Assembly (NCBI GenBank): GCA_045580165.1
Contig: JAZNNG010000046.1
Span: 831-64,830 of the forward strand
Source: Eubacteriales bacterium
Lineage (GTDB): Bacteria; Bacillota; Clostridia; Oscillospirales; CAG-272
Length of the DNA: 64,000 nt
Reading direction: 5' to 3'
Positions 18,005 through 27,428 of this stretch are shown here, in pieces. The notes beneath the pieces were generated by a model, which saw only the letters and a program-made list of their open reading frames with translations, was not told where the DNA came from and searched no databases. A program made the position numbers and the translations under genes. Numbering within the stretch: position 1 is the first letter of the stretch; every line of letters begins with the position of its first letter.

Positions 18005-19549
18005 TTATTTCTCCTCCGTTTTTCTGATTATATCCATAGCAAGCTCTGCCGCCATACTGTTTGTGTCAACGAGTATTACTCCGACGTCCTTTAATATCTG
18101 CGCCTGCTTTTCAAAGTCCTGAGGGTCCATATCGCTTCCGCAGATGGTTGCAATAATGCAAAGATGTCTGCCCTCGTCCTCTGCGCGCTTTTTCTCCTCT
18201 GCTATCACCTCTGCCATAACAGACGCAGGATCGGCGTGCAGAGCGTAGCCGAGCAAGAAATCGAGGTATATGACCGCGGTTTCGGGGTCTCTCGCCTCCT
18301 TGATAAAGCGGTTGACACGGGCGGTAGGGTCAATGGCAACGTGAGCGCGTCCCTTGGTGAAGGTCTCATCTCCGATGTCGATGACCGTATTCTTGATGCT
18401 CGTAAACGGGTCGGGAAGCATCAGACTCTTGTCAAACGCGACGTTGGAGTAAAGCTCGCCCATATTTTTGCGCCAGAGTATCTGGGTTTCGTCGGTGAGT
18501 GATCCGCCGCAGAGAATAGCGCGGAAATACTTCTGACTCTTTGCGAATTTTGATATCTCTGCATCCACGTCAACGTTATTTTCAAATATTTTCTTTATCT
18601 CGACCTCGTGACCGCACGCAAGCTCCATAACCTTTTTCGCCGTTTCGTCAAAGGTCTCGGAGTAGATTATACCGTTGTCTGCAAGTATCTTGTTGTCGCC
18701 GTTCAAAAAATGAACGACAACAGGCTTTGTGCATTCCTTTATTACCTCTATTACCTTGAGAAGCGACGACCTTGCAGGAGGCTTTGAGATAAGCGCGATA
18801 ACCTTGGTGTCCTCATCCGCCTCAAGCGCCCTTATGCTCTGTATCATAGAAATGCCTCCGACCTCGTCGGACATATCGCGTCCTCCCGTACCGATGGCGT
18901 GGGACACGCCGAAGCCGTTTCTGTGAACCAGGACCATAACCTCCTGAATACCGCTTCCCGATGCTCCCGCAAGTCCGATAGAACCCCTGTTTACCATACT
19001 GCAAAGACCTATTGCAACGCCGTTTATAAACGAAAGTCCGCATCCGGGTCCCATCATAAACTTGCCCTTACTCTGAGCAAGCCTTTTGAGCGTGACCTCG
19101 TCCTTAATGTCTACGTTATCGCTGAACATAAAAACGTTCATATTATTCATAAGCGCTCTTTTGGCTTCGGCGAATGCGTATTCTCCCGCAACCGAGATTA
19201 TGGCGAGATTTGCGTCGGGAATAGCAGCTTTTGCGCCCACTATGCTTCTGAAGCTGTTTTTGGCTGCGCTTGAGCTTTTCTCGTTTACAAGACGGGTGAA
19301 TTCTTCACGTGCCCTTTCGCAGTCAGCCTCGCTTTCGGCTCTTACCGCGATTATAAGGTCGTTAGGTCCCGCCATACTCATTTCCTCGGCATTCAGACCG
19401 AGGTCGGTGATGGTCTCCTTGTTAAGCGGAGTTCCCATACCGATAGAGGCGTTGTCAATACCGTCTGCTTCGGCAAGCCTTCTTGCGATCTTCATCAAAA
19501 AAACGGAATCGTAATATCTGTTTTTTTCGATATAGTTTTTTACAACCAT
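18005..19549 (-). CDS. FdrA-like (AllF/YahF) acyl-CoA synthetase-fold protein
   Basis: YYDSVFLM, ISVAGEYA, FSDNV, MMGPGCG, GASGSGIQE, GTGGRD, ISKPP, GRAHVAIDP. Confidence 0.92.
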   Translation of the reverse strand: MVVKNYIEKNRYYDSVFLMKIARRLAEADGIDNASIGMGTPLNKETITDLGLNAEEMSMAGPNDLIIAVRAESEADCERAREEFTRLVNEKSSSAAKNSFRSIVGAKAAIPDANLAIISVAGEYAFAEAKRALMNNMNVFMFSDNVDIKDEVTLKRLAQSKGKFMMGPGCGLSFINGVAIGLCSMVNRGSIGLAGASGSGIQEVMVLVHRNGFGVSHAIGTGGRDMSDEVGGISMIQSIRALEADEDTKVIALISKPPARSSLLKVIEVIKECTKPVVVHFLNGDNKILADNGIIYSETFDETAKKVMELACGHEVEIKKIFENNVDVDAEISKFAKSQKYFRAILCGGSLTDETQILWRKNMGELYSNVAFDKSLMLPDPFTSIKNTVIDIGDETFTKGRAHVAIDPTARVNRFIKEARDPETAVIYLDFLLGYALHADPASVMAEVIAEEKKRAEDEGRHLCIIATICGSDMDPQDFEKQAQILKDVGVILVDTNSMAAELAMDIIRKTEEK

Positions 19550-20367
19550 CTTATCTGCTCCTTATCCTTTAGAAATTTATATCCCATTAATATCCCCTCG
19601 CAGGTCTCAGAGCCCGACGAGCTTCCGACCTCTATCAGCTCAAGGGCGTTCTTTTCAATATCGTCTTTACCCTCTATAATTGAGCGAATGACGCTATAAA
19701 GAGTTTCGTTTATGTGTCCGCAGGCAACGTCTGCAAGCAGACTTTTGCTGACGAGGGTGGTGACGAGGTCGCCCTTGTCCTGTAAAAATTCGGCAAGCGC
19801 TCTGTTGAAGACCTGACCCGTGTCGGTCAGGTGAAACAAAGCAGACATTCCCGAGAGCATATCGTCGCAGGACGGGGTAAGACCTATGCCGAGACCTATA
19901 AGCGACTCAAAGCCTCCAACAAGGTCATCCTTAAGGATCTCAAATCCGCGCTTTACCCTTTCTTTTAAGATACCGTTTTCAAAAACCGGACTTTTTTTGC
20001 GGCTTCGCTTGAGAACGTCTGCAAACAGCAGAATACCGTCCTCGTATTTCGGGGTGAGCGCGACAGGCGCGCGCCGGGTTATGATCTTTTCCGCATTCGA
20101 CAAATAAAAAGTAATATCTCCAACCGTAATTGACCGTCCGTCACAAAGCGCCTCTGCACCGTCCGCAAATTCGAGCAAGGAGATATTACAGTCAATATCG
20201 GTTAAAATTGCACGGGTGGAAAATTTGTCGCTTTTTTTGAAAAGCGTTATAAGCTGCCCCGTGTCTGTCAGCACGTTGAAGCAACGGTCATAGACTCCCA
20301 CAACCTTACCCGACTTCCACCGCAGGTTGTATATCGGCTCGCATATATGAGTTATTTTAAAGTTCAT
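19540..20367 (-). CDS. DUF2877 family protein (YlbF/AllH, YahE-like)
   Basis: LIGLGIGLTPSCDD, TTLVS, GSSSGSE motifs; ATG 20367 just after upstream stop. Confidence 0.88.
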   Translation of the reverse strand: MNFKITHICEPIYNLRWKSGKVVGVYDRCFNVLTDTGQLITLFKKSDKFSTRAILTDIDCNISLLEFADGAEALCDGRSITVGDITFYLSNAEKIITRRAPVALTPKYEDGILLFADVLKRSRKKSPVFENGILKERVKRGFEILKDDLVGGFESLIGLGIGLTPSCDDMLSGMSALFHLTDTGQVFNRALAEFLQDKGDLVTTLVSKSLLADVACGHINETLYSVIRSIIEGKDDIEKNALELIEVGSSSGSETCEGILMGYKFLKDKEQIRWL

Positions 20368-20368
20368 T

Positions 20369-21916
20369 TCATTTCCTGTGTATAAAGCTTTTTTCAAAGT
20401 CTTTGCTTGTTTCGGGGTAGTCGCTTCTGGTGTGTACGCCGCGCGATTCGGTGCGCTTTGCCGCGGCAACGCAGGAGCATTTGCATACTGTAAGCATATT
20501 TTCAAGCTCCCTTTTGCAGACCGCTGCGTCGAAATCAAGGGTGTCGGCAGCGGTTACGTCCTTATCGAGAGCATCTATCAGGCACATTGCCATATCAAGT
20601 CTCTGCCCGTCACGAACTGGACCCATATATTTTGCCATAATTCTCTGAAGCTCACGTTTGCATTCTTCGAAATGTTCTTTATCCCGACCGTTTTTACCAT
20701 ATTCAATTAAGGGGACTTCGCTTTCGCTTAAGGTCACGGATCTTGCGTATTCGGCGGCACTGTTACCTGCGATAGTTCCGAAAACGTAAATTTCGGTTCC
20801 CGCGTTTCCGCCGACACGGTTTGCTCCGTGAATACCGCCGGTTACCTCGCCTGCGGCAAAAAGACCGTCCACCGAGGTCCTGCATTTTTCATCGATCACT
20901 ATTCCGCCCATAAACGAGTGGGCAGAAGGACCGACCTCAATAATCTCCTTAGTAAGATCAATACCCGCATTCATAAAACGGTTATAGTAAAGACTGTGCT
21001 TTTCGATTATTTCATCGGCAGGGATGTCGGTCAGGTCAAGGTAGACTCCGCCGTGCTCACTTCCGTTGCCGTTTGCGACCTCGGTATAGATCAGCTTTGC
21101 AAGAGCGTCCTTGGGTGCGTCGCCCTCAGTTTTATAGTGGCGCAGTAAAAAGCGCTCGCCGCGGTTGTTCGTTATCTTTCCGCCCTTAGCGAGAAGAGTG
21201 GTGGAAATACCGAGCTTCTTCGGATATATGCATCTGCAGGGCTCGTACTGTATAAATTCCATATCGGTAAGCTCTGCGCCTGCGCGGTATGCCGCGCCGT
21301 ATCCGTCCCCCGTCATTGTAAGAGGATAGGTGCTATCTGTTGCAATATGTATTCCGCCCGTTGCGAGCACGACCGCCTTGGCAGAGATCTTTATAATTTC
21401 TTTGTTCTCAAGGTCAAAGGCGACAACGCCCGTGACTCTGCCGCTTTCAGAAATCAAGTCGGAGAGCATTACCTTATCAAGGGACCTCACACCTGCCTCT
21501 GCCGCCATTTCTCGGAATTTTTCAAGGGTTATTCTGCCCGTGGTGTTTTTTATGTGTGCAAGCCTTGCCGTGCTGCATCCGAGAGGCTTTAGAAGATGGT
21601 AGCCGCCGTTTTCCCTGTCAAAGCTGAGTCCCGTTTCTTCAACGAACGCGACCTCCTTTGCGGAATTTTCGGCAAGCGTTTTTACAAGTGTCGGATCGTT
21701 TATATTTCCGCCTCCCCTCGTAGTGTCGTCTGCGTAGAGCTTTATACTGTCGTCATCCGAGAGGACCGCGTTGAAGCCGAGAACGAAATCCGATGCAGTG
21801 ACCTGACTTTTGGCTATGACCAAAACGTCACATCCGCTTTTGGCGGCGGTGTACGCCGCTTTTATTCCGGCAATTCCCGCGCCTGCCACAAGGACGTCTG
21901 TCTGTAAGGTCTTCAT
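20369..21916 (-). CDS. SdhA/FrdA/NadB-family flavoprotein (variant, no Fe-S partner)
   Basis: GAGIAG, LATGG, TGDG, DMEFIQ, HSFMGG, AAGE, HGANR, ESRG.H.R.DYP. Confidence 0.88.
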   Translation of the reverse strand: MKTLQTDVLVAGAGIAGIKAAYTAAKSGCDVLVIAKSQVTASDFVLGFNAVLSDDDSIKLYADDTTRGGGNINDPTLVKTLAENSAKEVAFVEETGLSFDRENGGYHLLKPLGCSTARLAHIKNTTGRITLEKFREMAAEAGVRSLDKVMLSDLISESGRVTGVVAFDLENKEIIKISAKAVVLATGGIHIATDSTYPLTMTGDGYGAAYRAGAELTDMEFIQYEPCRCIYPKKLGISTTLLAKGGKITNNRGERFLLRHYKTEGDAPKDALAKLIYTEVANGNGSEHGGVYLDLTDIPADEIIEKHSLYYNRFMNAGIDLTKEIIEVGPSAHSFMGGIVIDEKCRTSVDGLFAAGEVTGGIHGANRVGGNAGTEIYVFGTIAGNSAAEYARSVTLSESEVPLIEYGKNGRDKEHFEECKRELQRIMAKYMGPVRDGQRLDMAMCLIDALDKDVTAADTLDFDAAVCKRELENMLTVCKCSCVAAAKRTESRGVHTRSDYPETSKDFEKSFIHRK

Positions 21917-21919
21917 ATT

Positions 21920-22852
21920 TTAATCCTCACATTCTCCAAGTAATTTGAGTGCATTCTTGCGGCAGATCTTTTCGTATGCCGCGTAGCTGATGTGACCATC
22001 CTCGCAGATTCTGTCAAGGAAGTCGGAGAGTTGAAGCATTTCGTGACAGGGATTGTCGGGATCTATGTTTTCGGGATCGTGAATGTCTGTGGCAAAGAAA
22101 ATTTTGTCTGCAAATTCTTCCAAAAATCTATAAGTGTACTCGGGATCTCTTACCATTGCACGGTATCCCGAAAGGGAGGAGAGGTCACAGTAGAGGTTTT
22201 CATATTTTCTCATAAGCTCACCGACGCGTCCCTCGCGCAAAACCTTGCCCGTGGGGTATCCGTCACGTGTTTCTTCGGTTACATCAGCGTCAAGCTCTGA
22301 CCAGAAGCGCACCGAGTGACCGATGATTTTAAGCTTCGGAAACATCTGAAGCACCCGTTCAAGCTTTGGAAGATGAAGCTCGTCAACCACGCCGTAATCG
22401 TATTCGGGCTTGCCGAAGTGCAGAGTGACCGACATACCGCACGCCTCGCAGTGACTAAAGAGGTTGAGCATTCTCGGGTCATCAAGACTGATGTTGGAAA
22501 TAAGCTCGCTTACACCGCGCGCTCCGTGAGCTTTGTAGTAATTCAGGTAATGAGAAAAGTCGGTCTTGTCATTGTTGCTTCCGAATCTCGGGTCAACACC
22601 GCAAAACCACCATCCGATAGTATTATTGTATTTTTTTGCAATGCCTTCGGCTTCTCGGGGAGAAAGCCTTTCGGTAGTAAATTCGGGACAGGTTCCGGGA
22701 GGGAGAAGAACTCCCCTTTCAACACCTATCTTATCGTATATTTTTCTGAGCTCGTGTACTGTGGGATAGAAGTGTCCCGAAAGCTTCGGTATACCTCTTT
22801 CTTCGATACAGTGAACGTGCATATCTATTTTTTTTAGCTTTTTCATATACAT
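21920..22852 (-). CDS. amidohydrolase family 2 protein
   Basis: IDMHVH, LHFG, IIGHS, FATD metal-binding pattern. Confidence 0.85.
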   Translation of the reverse strand: MYMKKLKKIDMHVHCIEERGIPKLSGHFYPTVHELRKIYDKIGVERGVLLPPGTCPEFTTERLSPREAEGIAKKYNNTIGWWFCGVDPRFGSNNDKTDFSHYLNYYKAHGARGVSELISNISLDDPRMLNLFSHCEACGMSVTLHFGKPEYDYGVVDELHLPKLERVLQMFPKLKIIGHSVRFWSELDADVTEETRDGYPTGKVLREGRVGELMRKYENLYCDLSSLSGYRAMVRDPEYTYRFLEEFADKIFFATDIHDPENIDPDNPCHEMLQLSDFLDRICEDGHISYAAYEKICRKNALKLLGECED

Positions 22853-22893
22853 CCCTCCATTTATTAATTATAGGACGGGGAAAAAGCTTTTTG

Positions 22894-22963
22894 AATACCT
22901 AAAAAAGCTTTGGACAGGTCGTTGAATTTAGGTATTGCAAAATCTTTGAAGTTGTTGTATAAT
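22894..22963. promoter_or_regulatory. candidate operator (inverted repeat) overlapping the regulator promoter
   Basis: AATACCTAAA-N23-TTTAGGTATT abutting TTGCAA-17-TATAAT (22935-22963). Confidence 0.55.
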
Positions 22964-22976
22964 ATTTAATTAAGTT

Positions 22977-24098
22977 ATGACGATCAGGGGTGAATTTGCC
23001 GTGAAAAATTCAAAAATTCCCGCCGTAGTAGAAAAAATACACCGAAAATCCGTGTGGTATACGGAAATACTCGGCGGTATAGGAAAGCAGAGGCTTGAGC
23101 TTGTTGAGCCTGAGGAGCTTGGGCTTTTCACGGAAGGCTCTGTGGTCCCCATTGTGTGCTCGACAAAGCATTTTCTTGAAAAAAACGTTTCTCTGTGCAA
23201 GAAATACAAGCTGCGCCCCGTTGTCGTGGGTACGGAGCTTGCGGATCTTGACAGCAGAATAAGCAGTATCAAAACCAACAGAAAGGACGCGGTTTCGGGT
23301 CTTGTCAGATACTGTAAATCCCTTGGCAGAGACCGTATAGCTATGCTTGGCGTCAACAATTTTTCCAACATAGATTCGGAAAAGAGGAGCGCGTTCGTAA
23401 AGGAAATGCGAACGGTGTTTGGAATGGATGCGTCAAATGACGTTTATCCGAGTGACGACGGCGCCGAAAAATGCATTGATGTTTTACTTGATTGCATATC
23501 GTCGTATAACGCGGTGCTGTGTGCAAACGATTATTTTGCCGCGGCGTTTATTGTAAAGGCGCGTGAGAGGGGACTGCGTGTACCTGAGGACGTTATCGTT
23601 ACGGGATACGGCAATTCGGTCATAAGCGAGAAGCTTTCCCCGTCAATAACCACAGTTGCTCCCAAATACTATGAGATGGGCAGACAGGCAAGAAAGATCT
23701 ACGGTTATTTGTCCGACAATCCCGAGGTGGAATCACTTGAGCTTACGGTAGGATATGACGTTATAGTGAGAGAAAGCACGGGGATGCGGGAATTTAAGCC
23801 TGACGGTCATACTTACACGTCGGACGTTGAGCCTTGCATAAACAGTATTTTTGATGATAAAATGTTAAGCGGTATCGTCGGAATAGACACGGTACTCGGC
23901 TATGATGACGATACTATGAAAATGATTTTGAAGGGAATAGCCGAGGACGTTCCGTACGGAGCGCTTGCCGAAAGGCTTTACCTTTCGGATTCTGCCTTCA
24001 GGTATAAGCTTAATAAAATTTTCAGTCTTACAGGCATTCAGTCAAAAAGTGAGCTGAAGCGCGTGTTAAATACCCTGAACTTAAAGGAGAACTATTAA
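22977..24098 (+). CDS. transcriptional regulator: LacI-type sensor domain with C-terminal LuxR-like HTH
   Basis: CANDYFA, VPEDVIVTGYGN, PSITTV, IVREST; C-terminal LAERLYLSDSAFRYKLNKIFSLTG; no N-terminal HTH. Confidence 0.75.
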   Translation: MTIRGEFAVKNSKIPAVVEKIHRKSVWYTEILGGIGKQRLELVEPEELGLFTEGSVVPIVCSTKHFLEKNVSLCKKYKLRPVVVGTELADLDSRISSIKTNRKDAVSGLVRYCKSLGRDRIAMLGVNNFSNIDSEKRSAFVKEMRTVFGMDASNDVYPSDDGAEKCIDVLLDCISSYNAVLCANDYFAAAFIVKARERGLRVPEDVIVTGYGNSVISEKLSPSITTVAPKYYEMGRQARKIYGYLSDNPEVESLELTVGYDVIVRESTGMREFKPDGHTYTSDVEPCINSIFDDKMLSGIVGIDTVLGYDDDTMKMILKGIAEDVPYGALAERLYLSDSAFRYKLNKIFSLTGIQSKSELKRVLNTLNLKENY

Positions 24099-24956
24099 AT
24101 GAATACACTTGTAAGCCTTACAAACGGAAAATTCACCGCCAAGATCAGTTCTCTCGGAGCTCAGCTTTTAAGCTTTAACGACGGTAAAACCGAATATATG
24201 TGGCAGGCAGACGAAAAGGTCTGGGGCTTTACCGCGCCCGTGCTTTTCCCGATATGCGGAAGACCTCACGACGGAAAGATCACGCACGGCGGCAAGGAAT
24301 ACGAGATCCCTCAGCACGGCTTTGCGAGATTCAAGGAGTTTGAAATTGAATATCAAACCGAAACGAAGGTCTGCTTTTTGCTTGTATCCGACGCCGACAC
24401 AAGGAAAGCGTATCCTTTTGATTTTGAGTTCCGCGCTATATTTGAGCTTGTTGGAAGCAAGCTTAATATTACTTATTCCGTAAAAAATACCACTGCTGGA
24501 AAAATCTACTTTTCCTTTGGCGGACACGAGGGCTTTGCGACTCCCGAGGGCGTCGAGGAATATGATATAAAATTTGAAAATGACACCGAGCTCACAAGAC
24601 TTATGATAACGGACGGCTATCTTGACGGAATGACCGAAGAGATCATACTTGATAACGGCAAATTGGAGCTTAAATACAGCGAGTTTGATAAATGCACCTA
24701 CCTTTTCAGAGGTATTAGCTCCGAAAGCGTTGTTCTGGAGCAAAAGAACGGTGGAAGACGTCTTCGTGTGGGCTTCCCCGGTCACGAGGCTCTTGCGTTA
24801 TGGACACTTCCCGTCAGAAATTACGTTTGTATCGAGCCGTGGTGCGGAATTTCGGAAGATGAGGGCTTTGTGGGTGATATTTCCGAAAAAGACGGAATAA
24901 TTGCTCTTGAAAAGTCCGAAGCTTTTGAGAGAACCCACTTTATTGAGATACTGTAA
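24099..24956 (+). CDS. aldose 1-epimerase family protein (LacX-like)
   Basis: GAQLLS, EYMWQ, PVLFPICG, HGFAR, GGH, VCIEPW. Confidence 0.92.
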   Translation: MNTLVSLTNGKFTAKISSLGAQLLSFNDGKTEYMWQADEKVWGFTAPVLFPICGRPHDGKITHGGKEYEIPQHGFARFKEFEIEYQTETKVCFLLVSDADTRKAYPFDFEFRAIFELVGSKLNITYSVKNTTAGKIYFSFGGHEGFATPEGVEEYDIKFENDTELTRLMITDGYLDGMTEEIILDNGKLELKYSEFDKCTYLFRGISSESVVLEQKNGGRRLRVGFPGHEALALWTLPVRNYVCIEPWCGISEDEGFVGDISEKDGIIALEKSEAFERTHFIEIL

Positions 24957-24959
24957 AAC

Positions 24960-24991
24960 AAAAATGACATCCTTTGCGGGATGTCATTTTT
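24960..24991. terminator. bidirectional terminator
   Basis: aaaaatgacatcc-tttgcg-ggatgtcattttt. Confidence 0.8.
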
Positions 24992-24995
24992 GCTA

Positions 24996-25832
24996 TCAGT
25001 ATTTTTTAGTAAGCAAGGATTGCTCGGTGTCCTGTATGGATTTAAGGGCGTCGCCCGAACGGTTGTATACGATGTAGAAATACAGGGTATCGATTATTGC
25101 AAGCTGAGCAATTCTCGAGTTGAGAGCGAGTATGTTGTATTTCGTTTCCATTGATGAGGTCGCAAGAACTATGTCGCTTTGCTTTAAGATGGGTGATTTT
25201 CCGCTGTTGGTAATTGCTATGGTAGTCGCGCCGTGATCTTTTGCTATTTTCAGAGCCTCGACCACGTCCTTCGACGAGCCCGAATGAGAGATTCCGATCG
25301 CAATATCGTTTTCTGTCAGATGGGATGCGGCGATCACCTGCATGTGATTATCGGTATATGCAATGGCGTTGAGTCCCGCGCGCATAAATTTATGACTTGC
25401 GTCTATCGCAACGGAGGACGAATTTCCGAGTCCCAGAGTTATAATTTTGTTTGCCTTGCATATCTTTTCGGCGGCTTTGCCGAGAAGCTCCTCTTTAAGT
25501 GAGCCCTTTGTTCTCTCAAGCGACAGATAAATGTCGTTGCAGACCTTCTGATATATCTCAAACGCCGAATCCTTTGCGCTTATATGAGTGCTTGCGGGAG
25601 AACCGCCGTTTTCCGATGCGAGAGAAAACTTAAGCTCCTGAAAGCCGTTGAGCCCGAGTCTTTTTGCAAACCTTACTATTGTCGCTTCTCCGCAGCCGCA
25701 TTTTTCGGCAAGCTCTACTATTGAAAGGGAGATGATCTCGCCCGAATTTTCAAGGATCCAGTCTGCGATCCGTTTTTCGGCCTTTCCCATTTTATCGTAC
25801 AGAAGCTTTATTTTTAGAGAAATTCTGTCCAT
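24996..25832 (-). CDS. MurR/RpiR family transcriptional regulator
   Basis: SIVELA..C.CGEATIVRFAKRLG HTH plus SIS domain (ISHSG); ATG 25832. Confidence 0.93.
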   Translation of the reverse strand: MDRISLKIKLLYDKMGKAEKRIADWILENSGEIISLSIVELAEKCGCGEATIVRFAKRLGLNGFQELKFSLASENGGSPASTHISAKDSAFEIYQKVCNDIYLSLERTKGSLKEELLGKAAEKICKANKIITLGLGNSSSVAIDASHKFMRAGLNAIAYTDNHMQVIAASHLTENDIAIGISHSGSSKDVVEALKIAKDHGATTIAITNSGKSPILKQSDIVLATSSMETKYNILALNSRIAQLAIIDTLYFYIVYNRSGDALKSIQDTEQSLLTKKY

Positions 25833-25844
25833 TTTTACCTCGGC

Positions 25845-25933
25845 GAAAAAAATTTCATATATTTCATTATACAACAATCACAAAACATTGTCAAATAAAA
25901 AATATTTTCGCATTTCCTGTTGAAAATATTTTC
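25845..25933. promoter_or_regulatory. three GAAAATATTTTC-like palindromes, candidate RpiR operators
   Basis: Copies at 25845-25856, 25898-25909 and 25922-25933 in the divergent promoter region. Confidence 0.6.
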
Positions 25934-25998
25934 GGTATATGGTATAATTTGATAGCGCAATGCATAGTAAAATGAAAATAATTCCAAGGAGTGATAGA

Positions 25999-27411
25999 AT
26001 GTTTGATTACAAAGTAAAAATCGGTCTTGTTCCGATGCGCCGTAATACGACGGACAGACCGAAGGGAACTTTTCTGACCTGGCATTCGGCAGAAGAAAGA
26101 GGAGAGCGATTTGTAAGGTATATTGAAGAAAGCTTTTCAAGCGAAAAGGTATCCTTCGTTGATTCCAAGGGCCTCGGTCACAAGGACTTGATCTTTGACG
26201 ACGCTTCGGCAGAAGCTATGATCGAACGTCTGAAAAGCAACAACGTAGACGCGGTCTTTATCATTAACTGTAACTTCGGAAACGAGGAAGCCGCGGCTGA
26301 CATTGCAAAGGCTCTCGGTAAGCCAACTCTTTTGTGGGCTCCGCTTGACGACGAATATTACGTTGACGGTATGCGCCCGACAGATTCGCAGTGCGGTCTT
26401 TTCGGAATATCGCGTCAGTTCCAGAGATTCCATATTCCGTTTTCACACCTCCCTTGCTGTGAGGTAGAAAGCGAAGACTTTAAAAACGGATTTGAAAGCT
26501 TTGTAAGAGTTGCGTGCATGGTCAAGAACTTTACGGGTATGCGTATAGGTCAGGTCGGCGCGCGTCCCGCACCCTTCTTCTCGGTTATCTGGAACGAGGG
26601 TGAGCTTATGGAGAAATTCGGAGTAAAGCTCATACCCATCAACTTTGCCGTAATAGAGCAGAGAATGAAGGCGGTAATGGAAGAAATGCCGCCCGAGGTA
26701 AACGAGATCGCGGAATATATCAAAAGCAATTACAAGCTCGATGATCTTACTCCTCAGTATATTGAAAGAATGGCGGCGCTTACGGTTATGTATAAGCGCC
26801 TGTTCGCAGAATTCAACCTTGACGTTGTTTCGGCAGAATGCTGGACGGCGACCCCCATTATGTTTGACGGTCTCGCCCCGTGTACGGTTTACGGAATCCT
26901 TAACGATATGGGATACCTCATCTCCTGCGAGAGTGACGTTCACTGTGCTATGACTATGTCGCTTCTCAAATGCGCGACTCTCGGCGATGGCAAGCCCTTG
27001 TTCGGAGAATTCACAGTGCGCCATCCCGAAAACAAGAACGCAGAGCTTTTGTGGCATTGCGGACCCTTCCCGCTATCTCAAAAGGCGGAAAGCGGTACCG
27101 ATTCCGTGGCGCGTCTTGTAAACCAGCGCTCGTGGTTCAGAGCGAAGGACGGAAGATACACCATCGCGCGTCTTGACCAGGAAAGCGGAAATTATATGAT
27201 CCTTCCTCTCGTTACCGATACTACGGTCGGACCTCAGACACACGGTACTTATATATGGGTAGAGTTTGAAGACTTACAGAAGGTAGAAAGCCGCCTTATT
27301 GAAGGACCGTATATTCATCACTTCGTTGAGATCGAAGGCGACTATAAGAAAGAGATAAAAGAATTTTGCAAGTATTTGCCGAGTCTGAAATATGATTCGT
27401 CGCTTGATTAA
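25999..27411 (+). CDS. L-fucose/L-arabinose isomerase family protein
   Basis: NFGNE, DSQCG, ECW, CESD, WHCGPFP, PYIHH; AAGGAG RBS. Confidence 0.88.
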   Translation: MFDYKVKIGLVPMRRNTTDRPKGTFLTWHSAEERGERFVRYIEESFSSEKVSFVDSKGLGHKDLIFDDASAEAMIERLKSNNVDAVFIINCNFGNEEAAADIAKALGKPTLLWAPLDDEYYVDGMRPTDSQCGLFGISRQFQRFHIPFSHLPCCEVESEDFKNGFESFVRVACMVKNFTGMRIGQVGARPAPFFSVIWNEGELMEKFGVKLIPINFAVIEQRMKAVMEEMPPEVNEIAEYIKSNYKLDDLTPQYIERMAALTVMYKRLFAEFNLDVVSAECWTATPIMFDGLAPCTVYGILNDMGYLISCESDVHCAMTMSLLKCATLGDGKPLFGEFTVRHPENKNAELLWHCGPFPLSQKAESGTDSVARLVNQRSWFRAKDGRYTIARLDQESGNYMILPLVTDTTVGPQTHGTYIWVEFEDLQKVESRLIEGPYIHHFVEIEGDYKKEIKEFCKYLPSLKYDSSLD

Positions 27412-27428
27412 TTGTAAGGAGAAAAAAG

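Noticed and set aside
16589-20367. Standard allantoin/purine degradation locus
   Set aside because: No recognisable allantoinase, allantoate amidohydrolase, ureidoglycolate dehydrogenase or carbamate kinase in the cluster
20369-21916. Calling this gene sdhA/frdA/nadB
   Set aside because: Key catalytic motifs are changed and partner genes are absent
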